Shown one piece after another: positions 63,623 through 64,000 of a DNA stretch of 64,000 nucleotides (position 1 is its first letter; every line of letters starts with the position of its first letter). This DNA is from a virus (taxonomy: Duplodnaviria; Caudoviricetes), in IMG/VR virus record IMGVR_UViG_2928424016_000001, positions 20,398-84,397 of that record; one strand, 5' to 3'. The notes under the pieces were generated by a model. That model was not told the DNA's origin. It did not search any database and saw nothing but the letters and a program-made list of their open reading frames with translations. The position numbers were made by a program, and so were the translations under genes.

Positions 63623-64000
63623 ATGGAAGATCTAGATGCATCGCTGCGGCTTTCGTTGGCTCTGCTGCCTAAGCCGATGAAGAACCAATATGCGGGAAAG
63701 GGCGTGTCCAGGCGTAGAGAGACGAGCGCCGCAAGGATGCTGGCCGATCGCGTCGCCGAGCATCTGATGATTAATTGGCGTTTTCACTCGCCAGAGGGCG
63801 AAGTTACGAAAACCGAAGTCAGCGCCGCGATCTTAGAGGTGTTCCTTGCTGCTCCTGATGACATTGCCAAGACTTTCGCAAACAAGCTGCCGCCTCTGGC
63901 TGAACCCGGGCTCCTTCAAATTGCGGCAGATATTGGCGCGGTACTAAAAGTGAGGTGGCGGGCTGAATATTTTGTGCCGCGATATCTGGGCTTCAAATAG
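63623..64000 (+). CDS. hypothetical cargo protein
   Basis: GGAGGG RBS; stop at window end. Confidence 0.65.
   Translation: MEDLDASLRLSLALLPKPMKNQYAGKGVSRRRETSAARMLADRVAEHLMINWRFHSPEGEVTKTEVSAAILEVFLAAPDDIAKTFANKLPPLAEPGLLQIAADIGAVLKVRWRAEYFVPRYLGFK

Larger units (their letters stand above)
23280..64000 (+). mobile_element. Mu-like transposable prophage B (near complete; ends not located)
   Basis: repressor/ner/transposase A/ATPase B/gemA/mor/lysis/terminase/portal/F/I/T/tail in canonical Mu-like order. Confidence 0.93.

Noticed and set aside
58037-64000. Mu-type invertible G segment/gin
   Set aside because: No serine invertase, inverted fibre halves or gix-like inverted repeats near either fibre.
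1-64000. Duplication as a simple assembly artefact
   Set aside because: Copies differ throughout (synonymous changes, indels, swapped domains), so they are not a collapsed or duplicated contig; a strain chimera cannot be excluded without reads.

Overview
The window (high GC, probably Rhizobiaceae; host assignment is inference) holds two related but distinct Mu-like transposable prophages with long non-contractile-type tails, in tandem and in the same orientation. Prophage A runs from the window start to about 23.27 kb and is seen from the end of its MuF/gpF head gene through head, tail, fibre, a D12-class adenine methyltransferase, two cargo genes and a probable right end. Prophage B runs from about 23.3 kb past the window end and is nearly complete: XRE repressor, ner, DnaA-C-like and ParB-like genes, DDE transposase A, AAA ATPase B, gemA, mor, lysis cassette, terminase, portal, MuF, head, tail, fibre and low-GC cargo. 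Head and neck genes are closely homologous at an offset of about 42.4 kb, but the tail tips, fibres and the tape-measure enzyme domain are different. Comparing the two phages exposes non-coding signals: (1) a covarying ~100-nt multibranch RNA directly after the MuF-nuclease gene, with no protein immunity gene; (2) TTYRAA hexamers phased at exactly 11 bp, scattered through both genomes and inside CDSs; (3) phage-specific 23-bp late-promoter boxes with identical geometry but different dyads; (4) a conserved structured element after the capsid gene; (5) a central palindrome where Mu has its strong gyrase site; (6) palindrome-bracketed cargo cassettes. No CRISPR, reverse transcriptase/DGR, invertase, tRNA or rRNA was seen. 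All family assignments come from motif recognition, not database searches.
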